Shown: piece by piece, positions 1 to 10,000 of the stretch | Layout: each line of letters opens with the position of its first letter | Position numbering within the stretch: position 1 is the first letter of the stretch | NCBI RefSeq assembly: GCF_036379515.1 | Contig: NZ_DASVGN010000036.1 | Span: 3,007-67,006, forward strand | Reading direction: 5' to 3' | Source of the DNA: Castellaniella sp. | GTDB lineage: Bacteria > Pseudomonadota > Gammaproteobacteria > Burkholderiales > Burkholderiaceae_B | Length of the DNA: 64,000 nt | The notes under the pieces: model-generated | What the model was told of the DNA's origin: nothing | The model's input: the letters and a program-made list of their open reading frames with translations, nothing else | Database searches by the model: none | Position numbers and translations under genes: made by a program

Positions 1-1
1 G

Positions 2-544
2 ATCGACTGCACGCTGCAAACCAAGCTCGTCAGCACCCAGGCGGGATTTCTGACGTGTCTTGCAACACACGATGTGATGAGTGCCAACGGCAAGGTGAAG
101 TTGATCGACGCCGGGACAAAGTTCACCGGCTATCAGTCGGGCGGCATCATCCAGGGTCAGGCCCGGGCCTTCGTCACCTGGAACCGGCTGGAAACGCCTG
201 CAGGCGTCATCGTGAACCTCGGGTCACCTGGCACCGGCCCCCTGGGTGAAGCGGGTCTGGATGGCCACATCGACAACCACTTCTGGGAGCGCTTTGGCAA
301 CGCCATCCTGCTCTCGCTTGTGGGAGACTTTGGCAGTTGGGCGGCCAACCAGGGGCAGTCCGGCAGCAACAACATCCGGTTCGACAACACCCGCGAAGGC
401 GGCCAGGAAGTTGTCGCCAAGATCCTGGAAAAGTCGCTCGACATTCCTCCCACTCTCTACAAGAACCAGGGCACGCGCATCGGCATCATGGTCGCGCGCG
501 ACCTGGACTTTGGCCAAGTCTATGACCTTGAACCCATCCCCTGA
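2..544 (+). CDS. virB10: VirB10/TrbI-family T4SS protein, C-terminal part (5' end lies outside the window)
   Basis: The frame is open from the window edge to TGA 542-544. The C-terminal sequence (...GTKFTGYQSGGIIQGQARAFVTWNRLETPAGVIVNLGSPGTGPLGEAG...RIGIMVARDLDF) looks like the VirB10/TrbI barrel domain. The virB11 start overlaps the 3' end. Confidence 0.8.
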   Translation: MDCTLQTKLVSTQAGFLTCLATHDVMSANGKVKLIDAGTKFTGYQSGGIIQGQARAFVTWNRLETPAGVIVNLGSPGTGPLGEAGLDGHIDNHFWERFGNAILLSLVGDFGSWAANQGQSGSNNIRFDNTREGGQEVVAKILEKSLDIPPTLYKNQGTRIGIMVARDLDFGQVYDLEPIP

Positions 545-1541
545 GCCGCTGCCCTTTGATCGGGCCATCGCGGTGAAAACCCTTTTGCGGCCGCTCGCCC
601 CCCATCTGGCTGATCCTGCCGTTACGGAACTCGCCATCGTGCGAGCGGGCGAACTCTACACTTGCGTGCGCGGAGCCTGGGTGCTGCATGAGTGCGCGGC
701 ACTCACCTACCCGCATCTGGAGGCCCTGGCGACAGCCCTGGCGGCCTACAACCACATGGCCCGTGCGCCGATTCTGTCGGTGCTGCTGCCTGGGGGCGAA
801 CGTGGCCAGATCGTGCAGCCGCCGGCCTGCATCGACGAGACGATGGCCATCAACATCCGCAAGCACACGCAGGTGGCCTTCACGCTCGATGAACTGCAGG
901 CCCAGGGGGCATTCGATGCCGTCGCGGACATCAAGGTGCAACGCGAAGCGGGCGGCCTGTCTGCCACCGACCAACAGCTCATGGCGCTCAAATCCGCAGG
1001 CAATATCCCCGCCTTCCTGCACACCGCTATTCAGGCGCGCAAAAACCTCATCGTCTCCGGGGCCACGGGATCGGGCAAGACGACATTTGCCCGCTCGCTC
1101 ATCGACCGGGTTCCCGTCAACGAACGCCTCATCACCATAGAGGACGTGCATGAGTTGATCCTGCCACGCCACCGAAACCGTATCCACCTCATGTACGGCG
1201 GCACGCGCGGCCGCGTGTCGGCCACTGACAGCCTCGCCGCCTGCATGCGCCTGTCCCCGGACCGGATTTTTCTGGCTGAGCTTCGCGGGCCCGAGACCTG
1301 GGATTATCTGGCGGCGCTCAACACTGGCCACCCAGGGTCGGTGACCACCACACACGCGAACAGCGCGGCCGATACGTTCGACCGCCTGGCTGTGCTCATC
1401 AAACAGTCGCCCACGGGCGGTAACCTGGACCTCGCCACCATCCAGGCGTTCCTGCGCCAGACCGTGGACATCGTGCTGTATTTCGAGCGGTTCCGGCTGA
1501 AGGAACTGTGGTTCGAGCCGCGACGGCACGCACCGCGATAG
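522..1541 (+). CDS. virB11: VirB11-family T4SS ATPase
   Basis: ATG at 522 overlaps the virB10 end. Walker A is GATGSGKTT, followed by ITIEDVHEL and the AELRGPETWDYLAALNTGHPGSVTTTHA motif typical of VirB11/PulE-type traffic ATPases. The ORF-track start at 246 is an upstream extension inside virB10. Confidence 0.9.
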   Translation: MTLNPSPEPLPFDRAIAVKTLLRPLAPHLADPAVTELAIVRAGELYTCVRGAWVLHECAALTYPHLEALATALAAYNHMARAPILSVLLPGGERGQIVQPPACIDETMAINIRKHTQVAFTLDELQAQGAFDAVADIKVQREAGGLSATDQQLMALKSAGNIPAFLHTAIQARKNLIVSGATGSGKTTFARSLIDRVPVNERLITIEDVHELILPRHRNRIHLMYGGTRGRVSATDSLAACMRLSPDRIFLAELRGPETWDYLAALNTGHPGSVTTTHANSAADTFDRLAVLIKQSPTGGNLDLATIQAFLRQTVDIVLYFERFRLKELWFEPRRHAPR

Positions 1542-1619
1542 AACAGAGTTTCGCGCCTACTTCCCATCACCCACGGCCCAGCAGCCTTCCTGCGGGCCAT
1601 CACCCCCCTGTACCCGTGT

Positions 1620-2594
1620 GTGGCGCTGCACACGATCCGGCAGGCCATGCGCGGGCCTGTCTGGAGCATCCCCATGCTGACCCACGCAACCCAACTGATC
1701 AGAACGCCCTCCGCATCCGCCAGACGCCTGGAAGAAGCCATGCGCTTTGCGCACCGCAAGGCGGCCGAGGCCACAGCCCGGTCCCCCGCTGCTGGCCTGG
1801 ACATCCGACCCTTTGTTGTCCCAGGGCTGTCAGTGGCCTCGCGCGCCATCCCGAACCACATCGCCCGTTCGGGGATCTTCGCCCCAATCCGACGCGGGGC
1901 GAGCATCATGCACAAGGAGACCGTGTTCCTTGCAGCACGCAACATCCAGATCAAGGGCAGCGGCGAACAGCTCTCGGAAGACCACGCCGACATCTGGATG
2001 CACGCCATGTACCTGCAAGCCACCTGCCCAGCGGGGCAGCGCCCGGTCGTGAACCGTGCAGATTTCCTGCGCGACATTGGCCGCAATACGAGCGGAGCGA
2101 GCTACCAGTGGCTGCACGACGGGATGAAGGATCTCGCACGCTTCACCCTGTGTATTGAGGCCAGGCGCCCAGACGGGTCGGCCAAATACAGCTTTGGCAT
2201 GCACCCCGCCTGCCGGGTGTTGCCCATGATGGGAGGCTTCGACTACGCCGACGGTATCTATACCCTGGTCATTGACCCGCGCTGGGCACAGATCTTCGGC
2301 AACCGGGAATACGCCCTCATCGACTGGGAGGCCCGCCAGAAACTACGCGGCAACCTCGCACGCAGCCTGCAACGGCTCATCGCAACATCCGTCGACGCCC
2401 AGCAGCGCTACAGCCTGCAATGGCTAAAGGATCGGGCGCGCCATACCGGGCACCTGAGAAACTTTCGGGCCGCGCTCCTGAAAGCACTGGAAGAGCTGGC
2501 TGATCTGAACCTGGTCGCAGACCCCAAAATCGAGATCGAAAAAAGTCGTGAAGTGGCCAGCTGGATCCGCAACGGCGGCCGCACCGCATCGTAA
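1620..2594 (+). CDS. trfA: TrfA-family plasmid replication initiator (start uncertain: GTG 1620, ATG 1647 or ATG 1674)
   Basis: The block SRAIPNHIARSGIFAPIRRG...IKGSGEQLSEDHADIWMHAMYL resembles the conserved TrfA core as I recall it. The gene is directly followed by iterons and DnaA boxes. Confidence 0.7.
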   Translation: MALHTIRQAMRGPVWSIPMLTHATQLIRTPSASARRLEEAMRFAHRKAAEATARSPAAGLDIRPFVVPGLSVASRAIPNHIARSGIFAPIRRGASIMHKETVFLAARNIQIKGSGEQLSEDHADIWMHAMYLQATCPAGQRPVVNRADFLRDIGRNTSGASYQWLHDGMKDLARFTLCIEARRPDGSAKYSFGMHPACRVLPMMGGFDYADGIYTLVIDPRWAQIFGNREYALIDWEARQKLRGNLARSLQRLIATSVDAQQRYSLQWLKDRARHTGHLRNFRAALLKALEELADLNLVADPKIEIEKSREVASWIRNGGRTAS

Positions 2595-2764
2595 TAAGAA
2601 GGCGCCCTAGGGCGCCAATCCGACCCTCGGATTGAGGCCTCAAATCGCCTAAAAACCGGCCTGTGGATAACTCATCCAGGCCATCGTAATAAGAAGGCGG
2701 TGGCGTCGTAATAACAAGGCGCTTTATCGTAATAAGAAGGCGCTTTCGTCGTAATAAGAAGGCG
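2588..2764 (+). repeat. Five direct 17-bp iterons (A/G)TCGTAATAAGAAGGCG
   Basis: Copies at 2588-2604, 2683-2699, 2705-2721 (one mismatch, AAC for AAG), 2726-2742 and 2748-2764. The first copy overlaps the trfA stop codon. Confidence 0.85.
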
Positions 2765-2866
2765 GGCACGATCACTGAAATCTAGCAACCATGCGGGTTT
2801 CGAGTCATCGAAACCACGCTCTACCTTTCTTCTACCTTATCTCTACCAGAAGCTGTCTGTGGATAA
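2588..2866. other. Candidate vegetative origin (oriV): iterons, two DnaA boxes and phased TCTACC repeats
   Basis: TGTGGATAA, the exact reverse complement of the DnaA-box consensus TTATCCACA, occurs at 2662-2670 and 2858-2866. TCTACC occurs three times with 11-bp spacing (2820, 2831, 2842). The region is adjacent to trfA. Confidence 0.7.
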
Positions 2867-3039
2867 GTCTGCCTGCCATCAGGCGTGATCGCCACTCCCC
2901 CAGACCCTCTCAACGCGCCATGCTGCACAGCCGCTTTGGCGGCTGCATCGGTCAGCAACGAAACTACATCGGCCCATTCGGGCTGTACCTCACCCCATCT
3001 GCCATCACTGCCCTCAAGCCATAGGGCAAAGGAGTTCTC

Positions 3040-3510
3040 ATGTCCCAAAATCCGCACGCAAATCTCGACACCCGGATGCTTGCCATCGCCCAACGCGCCG
3101 CCCGCGAAGGGATTGGCGCCCTGAGCCTGGGCGAAGCGCTTACCGCCGCCCTGGTGCTAGATCGCAACGACTGGCTGCAGGAGCGCGGCTACGGCATCGC
3201 CGACGCCCTGGACCGCATCGGCCCGGACTGGGCCGCACGCATCCCGGTCGTCGCCCGGCAGTTCCAGACCGATCTGGCACAGGCCCAGTTGCGATTTTCC
3301 TTTGAAATCCTGCCACGCAAGAGCGAGGGCGAAGGCTACCTGCTCCGCCTGCTCGACCAGGGCCAGGAAGTCGGCTGCGGGCACTTTCCCGCCCGTGGCC
3401 AATCCGTGCGCTTTGCCGACGACCAGTGCGCCTACGACGAAGCCCATGCAGCGGGCCTTGCCTGGCTGGAAGGCAAGCAGGCAGCCGCCCTTCCCGCCCT
3501 GCACCACTGA
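3040..3510 (+). CDS. Hypothetical protein
   Basis: 156-aa ORF with a good RBS (AAAGGAG about 7 nt upstream of ATG 3040). Codon usage matches the backbone. No family recognised. Confidence 0.55.
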   Translation: MSQNPHANLDTRMLAIAQRAAREGIGALSLGEALTAALVLDRNDWLQERGYGIADALDRIGPDWAARIPVVARQFQTDLAQAQLRFSFEILPRKSEGEGYLLRLLDQGQEVGCGHFPARGQSVRFADDQCAYDEAHAAGLAWLEGKQAAALPALHH

Positions 3511-3527
3511 ACCCATCAACATTGCCC

Positions 3528-4007
3528 ATGACCGATACCCCACCCGATACCGACCCCATCGCCCGGTACCGTGCCGTGCTGGAAGCCCTGGATCCGCGTC
3601 TGCGGATTGCCTCCAAATTGCGCGCGGTATTCCCCCTCATCGAAGCCCAGATCGACTCGGGCGTGCCACACGCCGCTGTGCTGGACGACCTGAAGGCTGC
3701 AGGCCTGCCGGTGCAAACCAGCACCTACACCACGACGCTCTACCGCTGGCGCAAGGCAAAGCGGCAGGCAGCCGATGAAACCGACCAACCGCGCGCATCC
3801 GTCGCCGAGCCCAGCGGCTCCCCCACTACCAAACCTTCGTCACCCCCGCTGCCAGCCATCCAGGGGCGCCCGAACGGTATCCAGACGCCCGGAGATCTAC
3901 GCAAGATCCGCGACATGCGCATCGACCTGGACGCCCTGCGCCGCGAAGGCCTGGCGAACCGCGCCAAGACCTCGCAAGACACCAAAACCCAGAACGACAA
4001 GGAATGA
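3528..4007 (+). CDS. Hypothetical protein (occupies the position of stbA upstream of the stbB-like gene)
   Basis: ATG 3528 begins MTDTPPDTDPIARYRAVLEAL... The C-terminal half is Pro/Ser-rich and basic. An stbA-like role is inferred from position only. Confidence 0.45.
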   Translation: MTDTPPDTDPIARYRAVLEALDPRLRIASKLRAVFPLIEAQIDSGVPHAAVLDDLKAAGLPVQTSTYTTTLYRWRKAKRQAADETDQPRASVAEPSGSPTTKPSSPPLPAIQGRPNGIQTPGDLRKIRDMRIDLDALRREGLANRAKTSQDTKTQNDKE

Positions 4008-4011
4008 ACCC

Positions 4012-4719
4012 ATGAAAGTCGCAGTCCTGAACTACACCGGATCGGTCGGCAAGACCGTCGTCGCCTCGCACCTGCTGGCCCCCCGCATGAACGGAGCCCA
4101 GATCTTTGCTGTGGAGTCCACCAACGAAACCGGCGCGGACCTCGGCCTGGCCGTCGATCAGTTGCGCGGTGAACACTTCGGGAGGCTCTTTCGGGAGCTG
4201 CTCACCCGTGACGACGCCATCGTGGACGTGGGGGCCAGCAACATCGAGGATTTTCTGACCCACATGATGCGCTACGAAGGAGCCCACGAGGAAATGAGCT
4301 GCTTCGTGCTGCCCGTCATCAACACCGGCAAGGCCCAGCGCGAAACCATCAAGACCGTGGCCGCCCTGGCCGAGCTGGGTGTGAATCCGGAGCGCGTGCG
4401 CATCCTGTTCAACAGGGTCGAGTCCAGTGTCGAGGATGAATTCCCCTCGATCCTGGCCTATGCCGCGAAGACCGGCGAAGTGCAGGCGAACCCCAAGGCC
4501 GCCGTCTACGAAAACGAAGTCTTCGAGCTGCTGGCCGATCTGCGCACCACGCTCGCCGACGTGCTGGCCGACCAGACAGACTACCGGGCACTCCTGAAAG
4601 CCGCCGACCGCAGCGACCATGCGCGGATTTCTCAGCTGAGTAACCGGCACGCCCTGCGCGCCCTGGCCCAGCCGGTGGACCGGCAGATGAATGCGGCCTT
4701 TGCTGCGCTCTTTGCATGA
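4012..4719 (+). CDS. stbB: StbB-like ParA/MinD-superfamily ATPase (plasmid stability/conjugation)
   Basis: The N-terminus MKVAVLNYTGSVGKTVVASHLL carries a deviant Walker A, as in IncW-type StbB. The ORF-track start at 3775 is an upstream extension. Confidence 0.6.
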   Translation: MKVAVLNYTGSVGKTVVASHLLAPRMNGAQIFAVESTNETGADLGLAVDQLRGEHFGRLFRELLTRDDAIVDVGASNIEDFLTHMMRYEGAHEEMSCFVLPVINTGKAQRETIKTVAALAELGVNPERVRILFNRVESSVEDEFPSILAYAAKTGEVQANPKAAVYENEVFELLADLRTTLADVLADQTDYRALLKAADRSDHARISQLSNRHALRALAQPVDRQMNAAFAALFA

Positions 4720-4729
4720 ACCTCACGTC

Positions 4730-5182
4730 ATGGACACTACGCCACAACCAGCCGCAGGCCTGGCTGCAAGTCCTGCTCGCACGAAGCTGGATCTGCTGTA
4801 CCACGATGTGCTGGGCGAAGTTGCCAGCCTCGTGGATCGGCTCGAAACGGTCAACGCAAGCCTGGAGACCGTCCAACAGCAGATCCAGGTCGTGGCCGAC
4901 ACCCAGCAGGTCCTGCCCCAACAACTGGCCCGGCATCTGGCCACCACCCTGGAAGCCACCGCCAAGCCGATCCACCAGCAGCATCAACAGACCATCCAGG
5001 CCATGCTGGACTCTACCAGCACCCGGCTGGATCACCTGGCCCAGGAGGCGGCCCAGTGGGCCCGCATCACGCACCAGTCGGCCCGGCGCATAGCACTCAT
5101 CGCCGCCGTCATTGGCGGTGCCGCCGGTGTGCTGGGCGGGCTGCTCGCTGGCCTGGCCCTGGGCCAGTGGCTCATCCCCTGA
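4730..5182 (+). CDS. Hypothetical coiled-coil protein with a C-terminal transmembrane anchor
   Basis: ATG 4730. The central region is Gln/Leu-rich and the C-terminus is hydrophobic (IALIAAVIGGAAGVLGGLLAGLALGQWLI). Confidence 0.5.
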   Translation: MDTTPQPAAGLAASPARTKLDLLYHDVLGEVASLVDRLETVNASLETVQQQIQVVADTQQVLPQQLARHLATTLEATAKPIHQQHQQTIQAMLDSTSTRLDHLAQEAAQWARITHQSARRIALIAAVIGGAAGVLGGLLAGLALGQWLIP

Positions 5183-5198
5183 TTGCACGAAGGCCCCC

Positions 5199-6797
5199 AT
5201 GTCTACCCTGATCTCCCCCATCACCCGGCGGCGCATTGCTGCCTTTTCCCTAGCGCTTTTTCCCATTGCGGCCTGGATGACCGCCGCCACCTACGGCAGC
5301 GGCATCGCCTGGCAAGACTGGAATCGCCAGATGGCCTGGCATTTCGTGAAGCTCACCCCTGGCTACCCCTTGCTTTACGGGGCGCTGGGCGTGGGCCTGA
5401 TGCTTGCCCTGGCCTTGATCCTCTTTATCGGCCGCACCGCGAAAACCGAGGGCTTCGAAGGCGCGGCCTACAAGCGTTTCGTGCGCGGCACCCGAATGAC
5501 CACGGCAAAGCACCTGGCAAAGCTCTGCACGGAACCTGGCAAACAGCAGATTGACGTGGCTGGCATCCCCATGCCCACGGCGAACGAAAATCTGCACCTG
5601 CTGGTGAGCGGTGCCACGGGGTCGGGCAAGTCGGTACTGCTGCGCAACATGGCGGCGTCCGTCCTGGCGCGCTCCCGCTGCCATCGATCTCATCTGCCGG
5701 GCCAGACACCTAAGCGAAATGACCGCATGATTGTCATCGACCCCAATGGCGATCTGCTGAGCAAATTCTGGCAACCCGGCGACGTGATCCTCAACCCCTA
5801 CGACGCCAGAACCCAGGGCTGGTCCTTCTTCAACGAAGTGCGTGCCGACTACGACTGGAAACGCCTGGCGCATTCCCTGGTGCCCATGAGCCAGGACAAG
5901 AACGCCGAGGAATGGAATGATTTCGGGCGGTTGCTGCTGCGCGAAACCGCAAAGAAGCTGCACCGGCTGCAAGGAACGGAAGCCAGCATCATGGATCTGT
6001 TCCGCCTCTGCACCATCGAAGACCCGAAGGTCTTGAAACAATTCCTGGATGGCACGCTGGCTGAATCCCTGTTCGTCGGCTCCAGCGAGGCCAGCAAGGC
6101 GCTGTCGTCCGCCCGATTCGTGCTCTCCAACAAGCTGTCGGAACACACCAGCATGAAGCCTGGCACCTTCTCCATCCGTGACTGGATGGACAGGCCGGAC
6201 GGCGGAAACCTGTACATCAACTGGCGCGAAGACATGATGAGTTTCATGCGGCCACTCGTGTCCTCCTGGGCCGATGTCTTCATCACCTCGATTCTGTCCA
6301 TGCCCGAAGGCACCGGCCGGCGCTGGTGGCTGTTCATCGACGAGCTGGCCAGCCTGGAAGCCCTACCGTCATTGGAGGCTGGCCTGACCAAGGGCCGCAA
6401 GAATGGGCTGCGCATCGTCGCAGGCCTGCAGAGCACATCCCAGCTGGAACACCTGTACGGCAGGACGATGGCCACCACCATCCGGGCGAGCTTTCGCAAT
6501 CTGGTCGTGCTGGGTGGATCCCGCACCGATCCGCAGACTGCCCGCGATATGAGCGAAAGCCTTGGCAAACACGAGGTCGAGCGGCCAAAATACAGCGTTA
6601 GCCGCAGCGTCGATCATCGGAATACGTCGGATAACATGGATCGGACGGTGGAGGATGCGGTTACGGCAGCGCAGATTCAAGCGCTGCCGGTGTTGGAAGG
6701 GTATGTGGCTCTGGCGGGGGATTTGCCGGTTGCGAGGGTTAAGGTGCCAATTCAGCAATTTGATGGGAACGCAGCGCCATTCCAGGATGGGAAATGA
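5199..6797 (+). CDS. virD4: Type IV coupling protein (VirD4/TrwB family)
   Basis: Two N-terminal TM segments, Walker A VSGATGSGKS, Walker B-like WWLFIDELASL, and a typical T4CP C-terminus (LPVLEGYVALAGDLPVARVKV). G+C and codon usage drop visibly over the last ~200 nt. Confidence 0.85.
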   Translation: MSTLISPITRRRIAAFSLALFPIAAWMTAATYGSGIAWQDWNRQMAWHFVKLTPGYPLLYGALGVGLMLALALILFIGRTAKTEGFEGAAYKRFVRGTRMTTAKHLAKLCTEPGKQQIDVAGIPMPTANENLHLLVSGATGSGKSVLLRNMAASVLARSRCHRSHLPGQTPKRNDRMIVIDPNGDLLSKFWQPGDVILNPYDARTQGWSFFNEVRADYDWKRLAHSLVPMSQDKNAEEWNDFGRLLLRETAKKLHRLQGTEASIMDLFRLCTIEDPKVLKQFLDGTLAESLFVGSSEASKALSSARFVLSNKLSEHTSMKPGTFSIRDWMDRPDGGNLYINWREDMMSFMRPLVSSWADVFITSILSMPEGTGRRWWLFIDELASLEALPSLEAGLTKGRKNGLRIVAGLQSTSQLEHLYGRTMATTIRASFRNLVVLGGSRTDPQTARDMSESLGKHEVERPKYSVSRSVDHRNTSDNMDRTVEDAVTAAQIQALPVLEGYVALAGDLPVARVKVPIQQFDGNAAPFQDGK

Positions 6798-6982
6798 CTG
6801 CAATCGGCCAGAAGAAGAATTCCCGCTGATTGACCTCGACTCCGGTTTCAGGCTGGTAACGCTCAATGACTGGTATTGGTGATTCCTGCTGTTCGGGCAC
6901 CGAGCCGTGAATGACTCAGATCAGCCTGGTGCGGCTGGTCAAATAGGTATTGTAGCCAGCCTGCGGTTAAGGGCGATGCACA

Positions 6983-7009
6983 ATCATATGCAGCCGTTCA
7001 GCATATGAT
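6983..7009. promoter_or_regulatory. Perfect 9-bp inverted repeat ATCATATGC-N9-GCATATGAT overlapping the first in-frame ATG of the helicase gene
   Basis: Arms at 6983-6991 and 7001-7009, read directly from the sequence. It could be an operator or RNA hairpin, and it casts doubt on ATG 7005 as the true start. Confidence 0.3.
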
Positions 7010-10000
7010 AAAAATAGACATAAAAAAACGTGGAAGGCCATGTATGCGTCAAAAGCTTAAGCTGAGCGTCTCACCAAGATCAGAATTTCTGACAAAATTT
7101 GGTTCGAGCATCAAGCAGGTGAAAGCCGCCGAGAAAAAAAATGGGACTCCTGCCTTACGCCTAGGTATCGATGAAAACGGCACTCAGCTCCTAATCAAGA
7201 CTTGGCCGCACGTGCCGGGCGCAGGTGATACGGACCTGCGTGAAATTTGGCACCATGAAATTCGTCAACTAAACCGTATCTTGGGAACACGTGGCGTGGG
7301 CGACATCATCGCTGAGCTCGAGGAGTCCCATGTTGACGAGCAGGGCTATCACCTGACGATTCGAACGGAACAGCGCCAGCCACTTGAGTCGATCTTAAGA
7401 AAAAACGAGCGGCTGCAGCACGCGACTCGCTTCAGTGTCAACGGTAGGCATCTCCTGTGGGCGAACTTTCTCCGTCTCGCCAAAGGTTTGGATTTACTGC
7501 ATCTGCAAGGTTTGCTGCACCGGAACCTCAATACTTGGTCAGTGCTGACCGCAGACACCAATGAACCCGATTTTCAGCTAACCGGGTTTGAGTGGTCCAT
7601 GCGCATCGTCGGGCTGAACGCATCCGATAAAAGTTACGCACCAGGCACGCAAGGCAGTCACTACTCGTTTTCACGCGATTGGCACGCCTTGGGTGAGCTA
7701 GCAGTCAAACTGTTCGACATCAATCCAGCACGGATAACGAACACCACAATTCCCATCTATGAAGTTGCTGAAAATTTGACGGCGGCAGAGGCACGCCTAA
7801 TTCGACAGTTGCTCCAAATACTGCCGACACAGCAACTCTATGGAAAGGTGGTCATTGCCGCCATCGAGAAAATCATCATGTCCTTGCAGGCCGCGATACA
7901 GCGTGAAGAACTGCTGTACCACCTTGTCGTCCCGGTCGTATCGAACAACACACTCGTGGACGATATCCGGGAAGCATCTGACTACCAGATCGAAGCCGGT
8001 GACGAGAACGCCCAGCTTGAATTTATTGAAAATGATCTTACAAATCCGACAGCCTTATTGCTGTCCGACGACCGACTCGCCATTCGTGGTTCCTTGCTCA
8101 CATACTACCTCCAAGATTTTCGTCGCACACGCGAAAAGATTCCGTCGAATTGGGAGGTCGCTTACTGCGCATCGACCAGCATCACCCGTAACTCCAGCCC
8201 GAACCCCGTCAATGCACGTCCGTTGCTCGCGAATGCTCTTCAGCTGACACCGCTGTCAAAGAGCAAAACGATGTTTCGCGGACGTGCACGCGGTACCTCG
8301 TGGAGGACACTGAGGGCACAACTCAAACCGACCCGTCAGGCGGATGCAAGAGCATCCAACCTCTACAGGGCTTTGGCATTGACGCAGATGCTGGACTATG
8401 CGTTGGCGGCTAGCGATGTGTTTCCAGTCAAATTGGTGGGCAATTCGCGCATCGACAATCACAGTGGGCAGCATCAGATCACGCTGGAGTCGCGACACGA
8501 CGATGAACTAGACAAACTGTCGCAGGCCTTGGAGTTAAAGGATCCACCAGCGACTCGCTTGCGCGAGATGCTTACGAGCGACAAAACAGCAGATGATCGT
8601 AAGACAAACTGGTGGTTAAGTTCAGTGCCAACGATTGGAGACCGGCAAGCTAATCCTAACGAGTGGCAATTTCGGCAGGAAGCCGCCGGGCCGCGCGGCG
8701 AACAGCAGTATCTCTTCATAGGCGAGAATCCTCCACCTGCTGGCCCGGAATTTTTCCTGGTCCCGAGCGATTCCACAGGCCGGGATTCTCAACTCGAACG
8801 ACGCATCAAAAGCCTCGCCGTGCTCGGCGAGCATCGCGAACTCTCACGCATGCTGATCGACCCACGCCGCCGCGTGATCGATAGCAACGAAAGTGTTAAT
8901 GTAGATGATGGCTTTTCGGAGCTGGACGCTTCCAAGCAAGTCGCACTCAGAAAGATCGTCGGGACCCTCCCACTTTTCATGCTGCAAGGCCCTCCCGGCG
9001 TCGGAAAGACGCGCCTAGTACGTGAGCTGGTGCGTCAACGCCTTGAAGTGGATCAGACGACACGCATGTTGCTAACTGCGCAAAGCCATCACGCAGTCGA
9101 TCACCTGTTGCACGAGGTCGTGGGTGCCTTGAGCCAGGAGGTCAGCGAGGACGCGGTGGTCATTCGCTGCACGACCCCCGACAGGATGGACACGCACAAC
9201 AGGTTCGATGTCTCCAATCAGACCAAGAATTTGTTGGCCGGATTGCGTACTAGCGCACTCTGCCGTGATGCGTCTGAAGCCCTGCAAAACAAAGTTCATT
9301 CATTGTGTGCGACGTTCGAACTGGAGGGCACGGAGGGCACCCAACAGGCAGCACCGAATGCCAAGCGTGCGCTGGAAAGTTTGATGCTGCAGTCGGCCAA
9401 CCTGCTTTTTGCCACCGCCAACTCTGGCGATATCCAGGGACTAATCGAAGATCGAAGTCAATTCGATTGGACAATCGTGGAGGAGGCCGGCAAAGCTACC
9501 GGAATGGAGTTAATTGCCCCAATGCTTCTATCGCCACGTAGGTTGATGATCGGGGATCACCGGCAATTACCCCCATTTGGCGAAGAACGAACGCTTTCTC
9601 TGCTTGAACGCCCCACCGCCGTTAAAAAAGCGTTAGAGATGATCGACCCGATAGTTGGCCGTGCCTTGCGCGGCAGCATTGTGGATGAGGTATTCAACGA
9701 CCTGCGTGTTCAAGATGATCAGTTTGATCAGAATGAATTCGTAAAACTTTGCCAAGATGCGGGAAATCTCTTTTCATTGTTCAGTTCGAGCATCCAGCAG
9801 GAATACAGTCGACTGGAAAGGAATCCAAAAAGCAGGCCAATTGCTGCCGCTTTGACACACCAGCATCGCATGCACCCGGCGATCGCAGCAGTGGTTTCGC
9901 ATGCCTTTTATGAGGATAAGCTTCTCACCGATCCACAGGCAGCGGAGCGATTCACCCAGCAACCGAGTCTGCTTGCATGGGAAGAGAGTGCGAAGTTGCC

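Noticed and set aside
486-1529. 347-aa ORF antisense to virB11. Similar long antisense ORFs occur at 5250-6146, 13221-14780, 21076-21789, 37787-38167 and 52359-53216.
   Set aside because: These are shadow ORFs, typical of high-G+C DNA. They lie opposite genes with clear family motifs, are Arg/Gly/Ala/Pro-rich, and have no RBS or recognisable domains.
2588-2764. Possible CRISPR array
   Set aside because: The repeats are only 17 bp and the spacers are irregular (78, 5, 4 and 5 bp). They abut a TrfA-type gene and DnaA boxes, so they are iterons and not a CRISPR array. No cas genes or other CRISPR-like arrays occur in the window.
3775-4011. Upstream extension of the stbB-like ORF (track start 3775). 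Similar extensions exist for the merR (20175), multicopper oxidase (21957), copB (41714) and cupredoxin (42778) ORFs.
   Set aside because: The extensions overlap the preceding gene or intergenic DNA. They lack an RBS and precede obvious native N-termini (Walker A, HTH, or Tat/Sec signals) that have their own RBS.
6922-6957. oriT-like site: hairpin CAGCC-N6-GGCTG followed 8 nt later by GGTATTGTAGCC (compare the IncW-type GTATTGTCT/ATAGCC)
   Set aside because: The match is partial, because the CTAT around the nick position is missing. The site lies in the compositionally foreign islet. A nick here would send the defence cassette and the relaxase gene in first. I keep it only as an alternative to test alongside 15510-15850.
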